Assembly: GCA_046732075.1 (NCBI GenBank)
Contig: JBKPMI010000004.1
Coordinates: forward strand, 1-32,724
Direction: 5' to 3'
Length of the DNA stretch: 32,724 nt
Source of the DNA: Acidobacteriota bacterium
Lineage (GTDB): Bacteria > Acidobacteriota > Thermoanaerobaculia > UBA5066 > Gp7-AA6
Shown: positions 1 to 9,200 of the stretch, piece after piece
How the letters are laid out: the number at the start of each line of letters is the position of its first letter
Numbering within the stretch: the stretch's first letter is position 1
Position numbers and translations under genes: made by a program
The notes under the pieces: generated by a model
Databases searched by the model: none
Told to the model about the DNA's origin: nothing
What the model saw: only the letters and a program-made list of their open reading frames with translations

Positions 1-1
1 G

Positions 2-574
2 GTGCCGTTCATCTCGCGTCCGGTCCCGCAGTCGAGCTACGACCAGGGCAAGAGCTGGCGCGAGTGGCTCGTCTCCGATCAACGCGAGGCGTCGGGACGG
101 CCGGACGTCGCGGTGTTCACGTCGGACGTCCTCACGGCGCCCGTGAAGATCAGCGGCCAGCCGGTGGTCAATCTCGTCGCCTCGACGAGCGGCACCGACT
201 CCGATTGGGTCGTCAAGGTGATCGACGTCTATCCGGACGAGGTCGCCGCGCAGCCCGCGATGGGCGGCTACCAGCTGATGGTCTCGGCCGACATCTTCCG
301 CGGGCGCTACCGCGAAAGCCTGGAAACGCCGAAGCCGATCGCCGCGGGACAGCCCCTCCCGTACAAGTGGATGCTCCCGACCGCGAACCACGTCTTCCTG
401 CCGGGCCACCGGATCATGGTGCAGGTGCAGTCGAGCTGGTTCCCGCTGTACGACCGCAACCCGCAGACGTTCGTGCCCAACATCTTCTTTGCGAAGCCCG
501 CGGACTATCGGAAGGCGGTGCAGCGCGTCTACTCGACCAGCTTCATCGAGCTGCCGATCGTCACGTCGCCATGA
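2..574 (+). CDS. CocE/NonD-family hydrolase (X-Pro dipeptidyl-peptidase-like), C-terminal fragment; the 5' end lies outside the window
   Basis: The ORF is open to the window edge. The tail (GRPDVAVFTSDVL...ISGQPVVNLVASTSGTDSDWVVKVIDVYPD...FRGRYRES...SSWFPLYDRNPQTF) resembles the PepX_C/CocE C-terminal beta-sandwich domain. Its TGA overlaps the next start (ATGA at 571-574). Confidence 0.7.
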   Translation: MPFISRPVPQSSYDQGKSWREWLVSDQREASGRPDVAVFTSDVLTAPVKISGQPVVNLVASTSGTDSDWVVKVIDVYPDEVAAQPAMGGYQLMVSADIFRGRYRESLETPKPIAAGQPLPYKWMLPTANHVFLPGHRIMVQVQSSWFPLYDRNPQTFVPNIFFAKPADYRKAVQRVYSTSFIELPIVTSP

Positions 575-1851
575 GAGTCCGCATCGCTCTTGCACTCGCG
601 CTCGCGGCCGGAGTCGCGGCCGCCGACGTCCGGGTCGTCTCCAGGTCCGAAGAGGTCCGGGCCTGCCGGCTCCTGGCGGACCTCTCGCCCTCCGAGCCCG
701 AAGAGGTCGGCATCATGGCGATGAACGACCTGAAGAAACGGGCGCAGACGGCGGGAGGCGACACGCTCCTCGTCGCGGTGAAGCAGGGCCGGCTCGACGC
801 TGCGAAGGCGTACCTCTGCGCAACGCGCGGGGCGGCAGAGTCGGCGCCGGCGCCCGCAACCGCGCCTGCCGCGACGCCTGCTCCGGCAACCGCGCGCGGC
901 TCCCGTCCCGTCCTGCGTTACGTGCCGAAGCACGAGGACCTGAAGTACACGTTCGGTGGCGTCCCGCCCGCCGCCCACGTCGCGCCGGGCACCCGGATCG
1001 TTTCGTGGACCGAGGACTGCTACGACGGCGCGGTGACGAAGACCGGACAGCTGCCCACGAAGGTCCAGCTCCCGGGTCACGACAACCCGCAGACCGGACC
1101 GTTCTTCGTGGACGGAGCGGAGCCCGGCGACACGCTGGCGATCCGCATCGAGAAGCTCGAGCCGGCGCGCGACCACGGCATCTCCTCGTCGTTCCCGGGC
1201 TTCGGCGCGCTGAACGCCACCGACCGGACCGCGCTCCTGCACGCGGACCTGCCCGAGACCGTCTGGTTCTACCAGGTCGACCGCGCGAAGAACGTCCTGC
1301 GCACCCGGTCGACGGACGGCCGGCACTCCTGGGAGGTCCCGCTCGCTCCGTTTCTCGGATGCCTCGGCGTCTCGCCCGCGAACGGCGAGGCGCGTTCGAC
1401 GGTCGTGCCCGACTCTTTCGGCGGAAACATGGACTGCCCCGAGGTGCGCGCCGGCAACACGATCTATCTCGGCGTCCGGGTCCCCGGGGCGCTGCTCTCG
1501 TTCGGCGACGGGCACTTCGGGATGGGCGACGGCGAGATCATCGGCACCGCGGTCGAAGGCGCCATGAACGTCGAGCTCACCGTAGAGCTCATCAAGGGGC
1601 GCGAGACGCCGTGGCCGCGGATCGAGAACGACGACTGGATGATGTCCGTCGGCGCCGGGCGCCCGCTCGAAGACGCCGCCCGCGTCGCCTTCAAGGACAT
1701 GATCCAGTGGGTGCGCGAAAAGACCGGCGTCTCCGAGATGGACGCCTACCAGTTCGTCTCGCAGGCCGCGCGCGCCCCGGTCGTCCAAATCGTGGACCCG
1801 AACTACACCGTGCTGGTGAAGGTCGAGAAGAGCCGGCTGCCCGCCCGCTAG
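571..1851 (+). CDS. Acetamidase/formamidase (FmdA/AmdA) family protein with signal peptide and an extra N-terminal Cys-bracketed module
   Basis: ATG at 571 overlaps the upstream stop. The N-terminus MRVRIALALALAAGVAAADV looks like a signal peptide. An Ala/Pro/Thr linker spans aa 86-110. The C-terminal ~315 aa carry FmdA_AmdA-like motifs (GPFFVDGAEPGDTLAIRIEKL, GGNMDCPEVRAGNTIYL, SFGDGHFGMGDGEI). The longer 64..1851 ORF overlaps the peptidase gene out of frame and is rejected. Confidence 0.85.
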   Translation: MRVRIALALALAAGVAAADVRVVSRSEEVRACRLLADLSPSEPEEVGIMAMNDLKKRAQTAGGDTLLVAVKQGRLDAAKAYLCATRGAAESAPAPATAPAATPAPATARGSRPVLRYVPKHEDLKYTFGGVPPAAHVAPGTRIVSWTEDCYDGAVTKTGQLPTKVQLPGHDNPQTGPFFVDGAEPGDTLAIRIEKLEPARDHGISSSFPGFGALNATDRTALLHADLPETVWFYQVDRAKNVLRTRSTDGRHSWEVPLAPFLGCLGVSPANGEARSTVVPDSFGGNMDCPEVRAGNTIYLGVRVPGALLSFGDGHFGMGDGEIIGTAVEGAMNVELTVELIKGRETPWPRIENDDWMMSVGAGRPLEDAARVAFKDMIQWVREKTGVSEMDAYQFVSQAARAPVVQIVDPNYTVLVKVEKSRLPAR

Positions 1852-1897
1852 CGCTTTTCCGGCACGGAATCCGCAAAAGCCGGCGTCGGAGGTTCCG

Positions 1898-2101
1898 ATG
1901 AACCGAGACGAAGTTACAGGCAAGGCGGAAAACGTGAAGGGTCGGATCAAAGAGGCCGCCGGCGTGATCACCGGCAACCGCGACCTCGAGTCCGAGGGCG
2001 CGGGCGAGCGGGCCGAAGGCGCGGTCCGCGATCAGGTCGGGAAGGCGCGCCGAAAGGTCGGCGAGGCGATCGAGGACATCGGGGAAGAGCTCAAGAAATA
2101 G
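1898..2101 (+). CDS. csbD: CsbD-family general stress protein
   Basis: 67 aa with the typical CsbD pattern (GKAENVKGRIKEAAG...TGNRDLESEGAGERAEG...GKARRKVGEAIEDIG). GGAGG lies 6 nt upstream of the ATG. Confidence 0.85.
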   Translation: MNRDEVTGKAENVKGRIKEAAGVITGNRDLESEGAGERAEGAVRDQVGKARRKVGEAIEDIGEELKK

Positions 2102-2123
2102 CCCTCACGCATCCGCGCCGACG

Positions 2124-2180
2124 AAGGGGACAGACGCCTATTGCGAAAATAGATCTGTCCCCTTTTCCTTTTTCCCCTTT
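2124..2180 (+). terminator. Rho-independent terminator after csbD, lying between convergent csbD and osmC
   Basis: Stem AAGGGGACAGA (2124-2134) pairs with TCTGTCCCCTT (2154-2164). A T-rich tract follows (TTCCTTTTTCCCCTTTTCT). The loop is long, about 19 nt. Confidence 0.6.
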
Positions 2181-2182
2181 TC

Positions 2183-2641
2183 TCACGCGATCCGCGTCCG
2201 GATACTGACCTCGGACTTCAGCGTCCGGTGGACCGGACATTTCTCGGCGATCTCGACGAGGCGTCTCCGTTGTTCCTCGCTCAGGTCGCCCGTGACCTCG
2301 ATCGCAACGTCGATCCGGTCGATGTGACCATCCTTCGTCTCGCACTCCTCGCAGTCGATCGCGTGGACGCGGGAGTGTCGCAGGCGGACGGTGACCGACT
2401 CGAGCGGCCACCTCTTCCGCCGGGCATAGAGCGAGACCGTCATGGACGTGCAGCTCCCGAGCGCCGCGAGAAGGAGATCGTAGGGAGTCGGCCCCGAATT
2501 CGTGCCGCCGGCCGCGACGGGCTCGTCGGAAGCCAGCCGGTGCCGGCCCACCGCGATTTCCTGCGCGAAACCGGCCGCGTATCCGCGGACGGTGACTTCA
2601 CCCTCGCCCGAGTCGTGCGACGGGATTCTCTCCGAGCTCAC
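2183..2641 (-). CDS. osmC: OsmC/Ohr-family protein (peroxiredoxin-like)
   Basis: The GTG start at 2641 forms a GTGA overlap with the upstream stop. The translation carries the OsmC hallmarks GPTPYDLLLAALGSCTSMTV and EKCPVHRTL. The upstream part of the 408-aa ORF overlaps the deacylase gene out of frame. Confidence 0.85.
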   Translation of the reverse strand: MSSERIPSHDSGEGEVTVRGYAAGFAQEIAVGRHRLASDEPVAAGGTNSGPTPYDLLLAALGSCTSMTVSLYARRKRWPLESVTVRLRHSRVHAIDCEECETKDGHIDRIDVAIEVTGDLSEEQRRRLVEIAEKCPVHRTLKSEVSIRTRIA

Positions 2642-4308
2642 GGTCGACCTCCCTTTCGATAACCGGGTCCCAGAAGCGGCCGCCCCGCCCGTTCCTCCGT
2701 GATGCGGCCGCCGTCCACGACGAGCCGCCCGTTGACCATCACGAACGGGATTCCTTCGCTGTAGTGCAGCGGGTCGGCGTACGTCGAGCGGTCGCGCACG
2801 GTCGCCGGGTCGAACGCCACCACGTCCGCGGCCATTCCGGGTCGGAGGATTCCCCGGTCCGGGAGGCCCATCCGCGACGCCGGGAGCGACGTCATCTTGC
2901 GGATTGCCTCCTCGAGCGGCAGGAGTTTCTCGTCCCGCACGTAGTGCCCGAGAATCCTCGACGCGGAGCCCCAAGCGCGCGGGTGCGACTTCTCCTTCGA
3001 GAGGATGCCGTCCTCGGCCTTGGCGCCGGAGTCGGTGCCCATCGAGACGAGCGGGTGGGCGAGCGCGGCGCGGACGTCCTCCTCGCTCATCGAGAACGTG
3101 ACGCGGCCGATGTTGCCGCGGTCGGCGATTACGAGGTCGAGCAGCGCGTCGAGCGGGTCCTTGTTCTCTTCGCGCGAGATCTCCGCGATCGTCTTCCCCT
3201 CGAGGTGCTTCAGCGACGGGTCGAGCGTGCGGGTGATCAGAATCCGGGATCCCGGCTGATCGCTCCAGTCCGGGTTGTCCTTCGGGAAATCCGCGCGCAC
3301 CCGGGCGCGCGTCGCGGCGTCCTGCAGCCGCGCGACCATCTTCTCGCGTCCCCCCTCGCGCACCCACAGGGGAAGGCTCGCGTCGAGAGCGTTGGAGCTC
3401 GCGGCCCACGGATAAATGTCCGCGGAGACGTCGAGTCCCTCCTGACGCGCCCGCTCGATCCGGCGCAGGACCGCCGGCATCCTTCCCCAGTTGCGCTTCC
3501 CGGCGGTCTTCAAGTGGTAGATCTGCGCCGGAATTCGCGCCTCGCGCGCGATCGAAAACACCTCGTCCAGGCTGGCGTCGATTCCGTCCCCCTCGTCGCG
3601 CTGGTGGGTGATGTACGTCCCGCCGTACCGCGCGGCCACCTTCGCGAGCGCGATGATTTCCCCGGTCGTCGCGAATCGATCGGGGACGTAGGCGAGCGAC
3701 GTCGAGAGGCCAAACGCGCCCTCCTCCATCGCCTGCGCGACCGCAGCCTCCATGGCCCGAAGCTCCTCCGGCGTCGCGGCGCGCTCCCCCTCGCCGATCA
3801 CGAGGTTCCGCACGCCTCCGGCGCCCACGAACGTCCCGAGATTGATGGCCGGCCGCGCGCGCGCGAACGCCTTCCAGTAGCCGGCGAGCGTGGTCCAGTC
3901 CGGCGTCACCCCGTAATGCGCCCAGGTCTCCTTTCCGTCAGCGATCATCCGGGCGTTCAACGGTGCGATCGACTGCCCTTCGCCGGTGATCTCGGTCGTG
4001 ATCCCCTGCGTGATCTTGCTCGCCGCGCGGTTGTCGACGAGAACGTCGTATTCGGACTGGCCGAGCATGTCGATGAAGCCCGGAGCGACGACGAGCGCAG
4101 AGGCATCGATCCGCCGCTTCGCCCGCGCCTTCGACAGCTCGCCGATCGCCGCGACGCGGTCTCCGACGATGCCGACGTCGGCCCGGAACCACGGCGCTCC
4201 GGTGCCGTCGACCACGCGGCCGCCCGCGAAAACAACGTCGTAGGCGGCGGGCGGAAAGGAGTTCAGGGCCGCGATCACGAGCCCGATCCGGAGGAGACCG
4301 GCTGTCAC
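2638..4308 (-). CDS. N-acyl-D-amino-acid deacylase (D-aminoacylase) family amidohydrolase, probably exported
   Basis: 556 aa. The hydrophobic N-terminus is MTAGLLRIGLVIAALNSF. COG3653-like layout: DVVFAGGRVVDGTGAP...ADVGIVGDRVAAIG...VAPGFID, then THQRDEG, IYHLKTAG and MGTDSG. The usual HxH after PGFID is replaced by MLGQ (see findings). Confidence 0.8.
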   Translation of the reverse strand: MTAGLLRIGLVIAALNSFPPAAYDVVFAGGRVVDGTGAPWFRADVGIVGDRVAAIGELSKARAKRRIDASALVVAPGFIDMLGQSEYDVLVDNRAASKITQGITTEITGEGQSIAPLNARMIADGKETWAHYGVTPDWTTLAGYWKAFARARPAINLGTFVGAGGVRNLVIGEGERAATPEELRAMEAAVAQAMEEGAFGLSTSLAYVPDRFATTGEIIALAKVAARYGGTYITHQRDEGDGIDASLDEVFSIAREARIPAQIYHLKTAGKRNWGRMPAVLRRIERARQEGLDVSADIYPWAASSNALDASLPLWVREGGREKMVARLQDAATRARVRADFPKDNPDWSDQPGSRILITRTLDPSLKHLEGKTIAEISREENKDPLDALLDLVIADRGNIGRVTFSMSEEDVRAALAHPLVSMGTDSGAKAEDGILSKEKSHPRAWGSASRILGHYVRDEKLLPLEEAIRKMTSLPASRMGLPDRGILRPGMAADVVAFDPATVRDRSTYADPLHYSEGIPFVMVNGRLVVDGGRITEERAGRPLLGPGYRKGGRP

Positions 4309-5630
4309 TTCGCGCCGGTCGAGAAGACCAGGCCGTCCTTCATCACGAACGCAACGTGCTCGAGCGCCGATACGTCCCGGAGCGGATCGGCCTCCACCGC
4401 GACGACGTCCGCGTACGCGCCGGGCGCGATCACCCCGATCTCACCGGACATGTCCAGCATCTCGGCGGCTTTCGACGTGGCCGACTGGATCGCGGCCATC
4501 GGCGTCATCCCGAACTCCACCATCCGAGCGAACTCCCGCGCGATCGGCTCCGTCCACGAAAACCCGCCGACGTCCGTTCCGAACGCGATTTTGACCCCCG
4601 CCCGAATCGCCTTCCGGAGCGACGGCCCGTGCAGCTCCACGCGCTTCCGGTCGCGCTTCCCCGCGGGAGTGTCGGCCGGCGCCCAGTGGTCGTAGTAGAC
4701 GCTCATCGTGGGACAGAGCCACGTGCCCTGCTTGACCATCTGCGCGACCGCCGCGTCGTCGAGCTCCAGGCCGTGCTCGATCGAGTCGCAGCCTCCGTCG
4801 AGCGCGCGATGCAGGCCGACGCCGTTGTAGGCGTGACACGCGACCTTCTTCCCCCAGCCGTGCGCCTCGTCCACGATCGCGCGGATCTCCTCGAGCGAGA
4901 GCGTCGGCTGCGAGAAGAGATTCCCCCGCTTGTCCAGCCACGACCGGTGCGTCATGTAGACCTTGATCCAGTCCGCTCCGTGATCGAGCTGCTCGCGGGC
5001 CGCCTTCCGCGCCTCGACCGGACCGTCCACGATCTGCGCTCCCTTCGGCACGTCGACCTCGGGCGCGTATCCCTCGAGGTTGTAGCCGCCGGTCGTCGAG
5101 ATGGCGCGCGTGACGACGAACATCCGCGGCCCCGGGATGTAGCCGGCCTCGATCGCCTCCTTGATTCCGACGTCGCCGTATCCCGCGCCCTCCGTCTCGA
5201 CGTCGCGGATCGTCGTGAACCCCTGCTCCAGCGCGCGCCTCGCCGACACGGCCGCGCGGGCCGCGCGAAACGCGAGCCCGTGCTTCAGGAGCTGCGCGTC
5301 ATAGCCGCCCTCGGCGGGATCCTCTCCCTGGAGAAAGATGTGGGTGTGGCCGTCGATCAGGCCGGGCAACACGGTCGAGCGGGAGAGGTCGATGGCCTGA
5401 GCCCCAGCCGGGATCCTGGTGGACGCGGCGTCGCCCACCGCTTCGATCCGGTTGCCGCGGATCACGATCACCTGGTCCCGCCGCGGCGTCGCCGACCGGC
5501 CGTCGATCAACGTGCCCGCCCGGATGACGGTGACGGCCCCGGGCCGTGGCGCCGTCTGTGCCGAGGCGGACGTCGAGAGGACGACGGACAACCCCAGGGT
5601 GAGCGTCGCGGCACGGGTCGAAGAGAGCAT
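4305..5630 (-). CDS. Amidohydrolase-superfamily metallohydrolase (COG1228-like, imidazolonepropionase/Xaa-Pro dipeptidase-related), exported
   Basis: 441 aa. Signal peptide MLSSTRAATLTLGLSVVLSTSASAQ. Motifs LPGLIDGHTHIF (HxH), ACHAYN, IEHG and AFGTDVG. AAGGAGGA lies upstream of the ATG. There is a 4-nt overlap with the downstream deacylase gene. Confidence 0.8.
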   Translation of the reverse strand: MLSSTRAATLTLGLSVVLSTSASAQTAPRPGAVTVIRAGTLIDGRSATPRRDQVIVIRGNRIEAVGDAASTRIPAGAQAIDLSRSTVLPGLIDGHTHIFLQGEDPAEGGYDAQLLKHGLAFRAARAAVSARRALEQGFTTIRDVETEGAGYGDVGIKEAIEAGYIPGPRMFVVTRAISTTGGYNLEGYAPEVDVPKGAQIVDGPVEARKAAREQLDHGADWIKVYMTHRSWLDKRGNLFSQPTLSLEEIRAIVDEAHGWGKKVACHAYNGVGLHRALDGGCDSIEHGLELDDAAVAQMVKQGTWLCPTMSVYYDHWAPADTPAGKRDRKRVELHGPSLRKAIRAGVKIAFGTDVGGFSWTEPIAREFARMVEFGMTPMAAIQSATSKAAEMLDMSGEIGVIAPGAYADVVAVEADPLRDVSALEHVAFVMKDGLVFSTGAK

Positions 5631-5798
5631 CGGGATCCTCCTTTCGGTGCGGAAAGCGGATGCGACAGTCTCTCCCAGAAGCCCGTGATCCCGCGCAAAT
5701 CGCGCGCCAGCCGGGTGATAGAGTCAACGCTTCCAATGGCGGTTTTCCTACGCTTGGATCAGCGGCCGCTCCTCCGCAGAGTCCCAGGAGAAACTCCC

Positions 5799-6110
5799 AT
5801 GCAGTACGCACGGAACGTTCACTTCAAGGTCAAATCGGGAAGGGAGCGGGAGTTCACCGCTCTTTTCGAGAGCGAAGTGATGCCTCTCCTCCGGAAGCAA
5901 CCGGGGTTCCGGGAGTCCTTCACGCTTTCCACCCCGCATTACGTGCTCGGCATCAACATCTGGGAGGATCAGAAGAGCGCGGACCGGTTTGACACGACGG
6001 TCTACCCGACGATCCTGGCCAAGCTGAACGGCGTGCTCGAAGGTACGCCAAAAGTCGATACGTACGACGTCACCTCCAGCAAACACTTCGCCTCGGTTCG
6101 GGCCTGGTAG
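5799..6110 (+). CDS. Small ABM/Dabb-like (ferredoxin-fold monooxygenase-like) protein
   Basis: 103 aa, MQYARNVHFKVKSGREREFTALFESEVMPLLRKQPGF...INIWEDQKSADRF, which fits the ABM-domain pattern. AGGAG at 5786-5790 sits 8 nt before the ATG. The rest of the 4356..6110 ORF is antisense to the amidohydrolase gene. Confidence 0.55.
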   Translation: MQYARNVHFKVKSGREREFTALFESEVMPLLRKQPGFRESFTLSTPHYVLGINIWEDQKSADRFDTTVYPTILAKLNGVLEGTPKVDTYDVTSSKHFASVRAW

Positions 6111-6230
6111 AACCCGAATTCCAGCGCGTGCGCGCCACCTCCGCGGCTCCCCGCCGCGGCTTCCTCCCGGGAGCGCGACGCTGATACTCTCCGGCACTCT
6201 CCGACCGTTCCGGACAGTCGGGGCGAACTG

Positions 6231-9200
6231 ATGCTCACCACGAAACTTGGCAACCGCTATGAGGTCGCGTCCGAGCTCGGACGCGGCGGCATGGGCGTCG
6301 TCTACCGCGCCCGCGATCCTCTTCTCAACCGCGAGGTGGCCGTCAAGGTCCTCGCGACCACCGAGCTCACGACGGAAATCGAGGAACGGTTTCAGCGTGA
6401 GGCGCAGATCGTCGCTCAGATGGATCACCCCGGCATCGTCCCCATCTACGACGTCGGGCGCCACGACGGCTCGCTCTACTTCGTCATGCCCCTCGTCGAG
6501 GGGACGAACCTCCGGCGCATCCTCTGGGAAGGGTCGCTGAAGCTCGGGGAAGTGCTCGACATTGCGATCCAGGTGGCGGACGCGCTCGAGTACAGCCACT
6601 CGCGCAACGTCGTCCACCGGGACATCAAGCCCGAGAACATCATGGTCCTCCGCGAGCCGGGGAGCTCGCCGCGGATCCGGGTCATGGACTTCGGTCTCGC
6701 GCACACGTCGACCGAGAATCGGCTCACCAAGACGGGAACTCTCGTCGGGACCGTTACGTATCTGTCGCCGGAGCAGGTTACTTCGCACGCCTTCGACGGC
6801 CGATCCGACATTTACTCGGTCGGGACCGTCCTCTACGAGTGCCTGACGGGCGAGGCGCCCTTCACGGGAGAGGTGCAGTCGGTCCTCTACCGGATCGTCC
6901 ACGAGATTCCGCAGCCGCCGCGCGCGCTGGGCGCCGAGATCCGGGAAGAGCTGCAGGACATCATCCAGCAGTGCCTCGAAAAGGACCCGGCTCGCCGGCC
7001 TCAGAAGGCGGGTCAGCTCGCCGAGGCGCTTCGCCGCCACCGCTCGACCCTCCACAGCGACGAGTTCGCGGCGTCGGTCATCGGCACCGCGAGCCGGACT
7101 CTCCAGCGGCCTTCGGCCTCCGCGTTCATCGGACGCGAGAAGGAATTCGCGGAGCTTCAGCGCCGTCTGAACTCCGCAGTCTCGGGAGACTGCCAGTTCG
7201 CGGTGGTGGCGGGCGAGCCCGGCATCGGAAAGACGCGCCTCCTCGAGGAGCTGAAGAAGCTCGTCTTGATGCGGAAGATCCGGGTCCTCTACGGCCGTTT
7301 CGTCGAGCAAGACCAGGCGTTCTCGTACCAGGGGTTCTGCGAGCTCATCCAGGACTACTTCCGCTCCCGCGACCCCGGCAGCTCGGCGGCCGAGCGCCCC
7401 GACTTCTCCGACCTCGCGCCGGACCTGCTGTCGCTCTTCCCGCTCCTGACCGAGATCCCCGAGCTGCGCGCGGCGGCGAGCGGAGACTCCCGGATCTCGT
7501 CGCCCGCGACGGAGCGGAAGGCGGAAGACCGGATCCAGATCTTCGAGCTGCTCGCGCGGACGCTCACCCGGATGGCGGCGGGCAAGCCGCTGGTGCTCGT
7601 CCTGGAGAACCTGCACGCCGCGGAGGTGTCGATCGAAGGGCTGCAGTACGTGGTCCGGCGCCTCGGTCCGACGCCCACGCTCTTCGTGGGGAGCTACCGC
7701 CAGACGGAGGTCGACAAGCGCCACCCGCTCGCACGGATGCTCGACTCCTTCGCGGACGATCCCCGCTTCGTGTCGATCACGCTCGGGCCGCTCTCACCCA
7801 CCGAGCATCGCGCGCTCGTGGAGTCGGTCGTGGGCGCGCCGAACCTCTCGGGCGAACTCGCGAAGCGGGTCTACGAGGCAACCGAAGGAAATCCCTTCTT
7901 CACCAAGGAGCTCCTGCGCTCCCTCATCGACTCCGGCGGGATCGCCCGCGACAACACGGGTGAGTGGTCGTTTTCGCAGGGGACGGGCATCTCTTCGGAT
8001 GCGCTGCCGGCGACCATCCAGCAGGCCGTCGAGAAGAGAATCGAGCGGCTCCCCGAAGACCTTCGCGACCTCCTGTCGATCGCCTCGGTGCTCGGCAGGA
8101 GCTTCGAGTTCCGGGATCTCGAGGTTCTCGCGGAGGGCCAGAAAGTCGAGGACTCGATCGACCGGCTCGTCCGCGAGGGTGTCTTCGAGGAGGAGCGCGA
8201 GTCCCGCGGCGACCGCCTCGCGTTCTCGAGCGGCATCGTTCGCGACGTCCTCTACGGCGCGCTCTCACGCCGCAAGCGCCGGTCGCTCCACCGCAAGTAC
8301 GCGGAGCTTCTCGAGCAGCGATATGCCGGGCGCCTCGAGCGGATCTACCCCGAGCTGCTCCATCACTTCTCTCAGGCCGACGTCCCCGAGAAAACCGTCG
8401 AGTACGGGCTGAAACTCGCGCGGCGATCGCTGGACGCGTTCAGCGGGGACGACGCCACCCGCGCCGCAAAGACGGCTCTCGAGTACCTCGAGGACGAGGA
8501 GTGGAGCGGCGACCGATCCCTCGAGGGGGACGCGCGCCTCCTCCTCGCGGAAGCGCAGAGGATCGCGGGCAACCCGGACGGAGCCCTGCGCGAGGCGGAG
8601 GGCGCCGTGCGTCTCTTCGAGAAGGAGCGGCAGCCGGCAAAGGCCGTCGCCGGAATCCTCTTCGCCGCCGAGACCGCCTGGCAGGCGAGGCGCACGGAGG
8701 AGACACGCCGGTGGGCCGAGCGCGGCGTGGAAGTCGCCCGCGCCGCCGAGGACACCGAGCCGCTCCCGAAGCTCCTCTCGCTCGCGGCGACGGTCGCCAA
8801 CCTCCGCGGCGAATACGCGAAGGCCGCGGCGTACATGGCCGAGATCGAGCGGCTGACGCCGCGCGAAAAAACGGCCGAGGAGGTCGTCCCGAGCGGCGGC
8901 AACCTCGTCGTCGCGCTGTCCAATCCGATCGCCTCGATCGAGCCGGGCGACTACGAGACGACCGAGGAGCACGAGGTCGTCGCCAACGTCTTCGAGACCC
9001 TCGTCACCACGGATCCGCAGGGGGGCCTCATCCCGCTGCTGGCCGAGAGCTGGTCTCTCGAGGATGGAGGTCGGACCTTCCGCTTGCGCCTCCGCAAGCA
9101 GGCCGCGTTCTCCGACGGCGTGCCGCTGACCGCACCCTCCGTGAAACGGTCCTTCGAGCGCTCGATCCGGCTCTCGCGGCAGGCGACGCCCGCGGCGTTC

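Noticed and set aside
64-570. N-terminal 169-codon extension of the formamidase ORF (64..1851), together with the 489..1901 Arg-rich ORF.
   Set aside because: The extension overlaps the CocE/NonD peptidase gene in another frame and is Arg/Gly-rich. The ATG at 571 gives a signal peptide and an ATGA coupling junction.
2764-6110. Long plus-strand ORFs (2764..4695, 643 aa; 4356..5798 portion of the 584-aa ORF) opposite the two amidohydrolase genes.
   Set aside because: Low-complexity Arg-rich translations. The minus strand carries clear amidohydrolase motifs, signal peptides and SD sequences. Only the last 103 codons (5799..6110) look like a real gene.
6141-6159. GC hairpin CCGCGGC-tcccc-GCCGCGG, 31 nt after the ABM-like gene; possible terminator separating it from the kinase gene.
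   Set aside because: No U-tract follows (CTTCCTCCC). Short GC palindromes such as tandem SacII sites are common in high-GC DNA. The evidence is insufficient to call a terminator.
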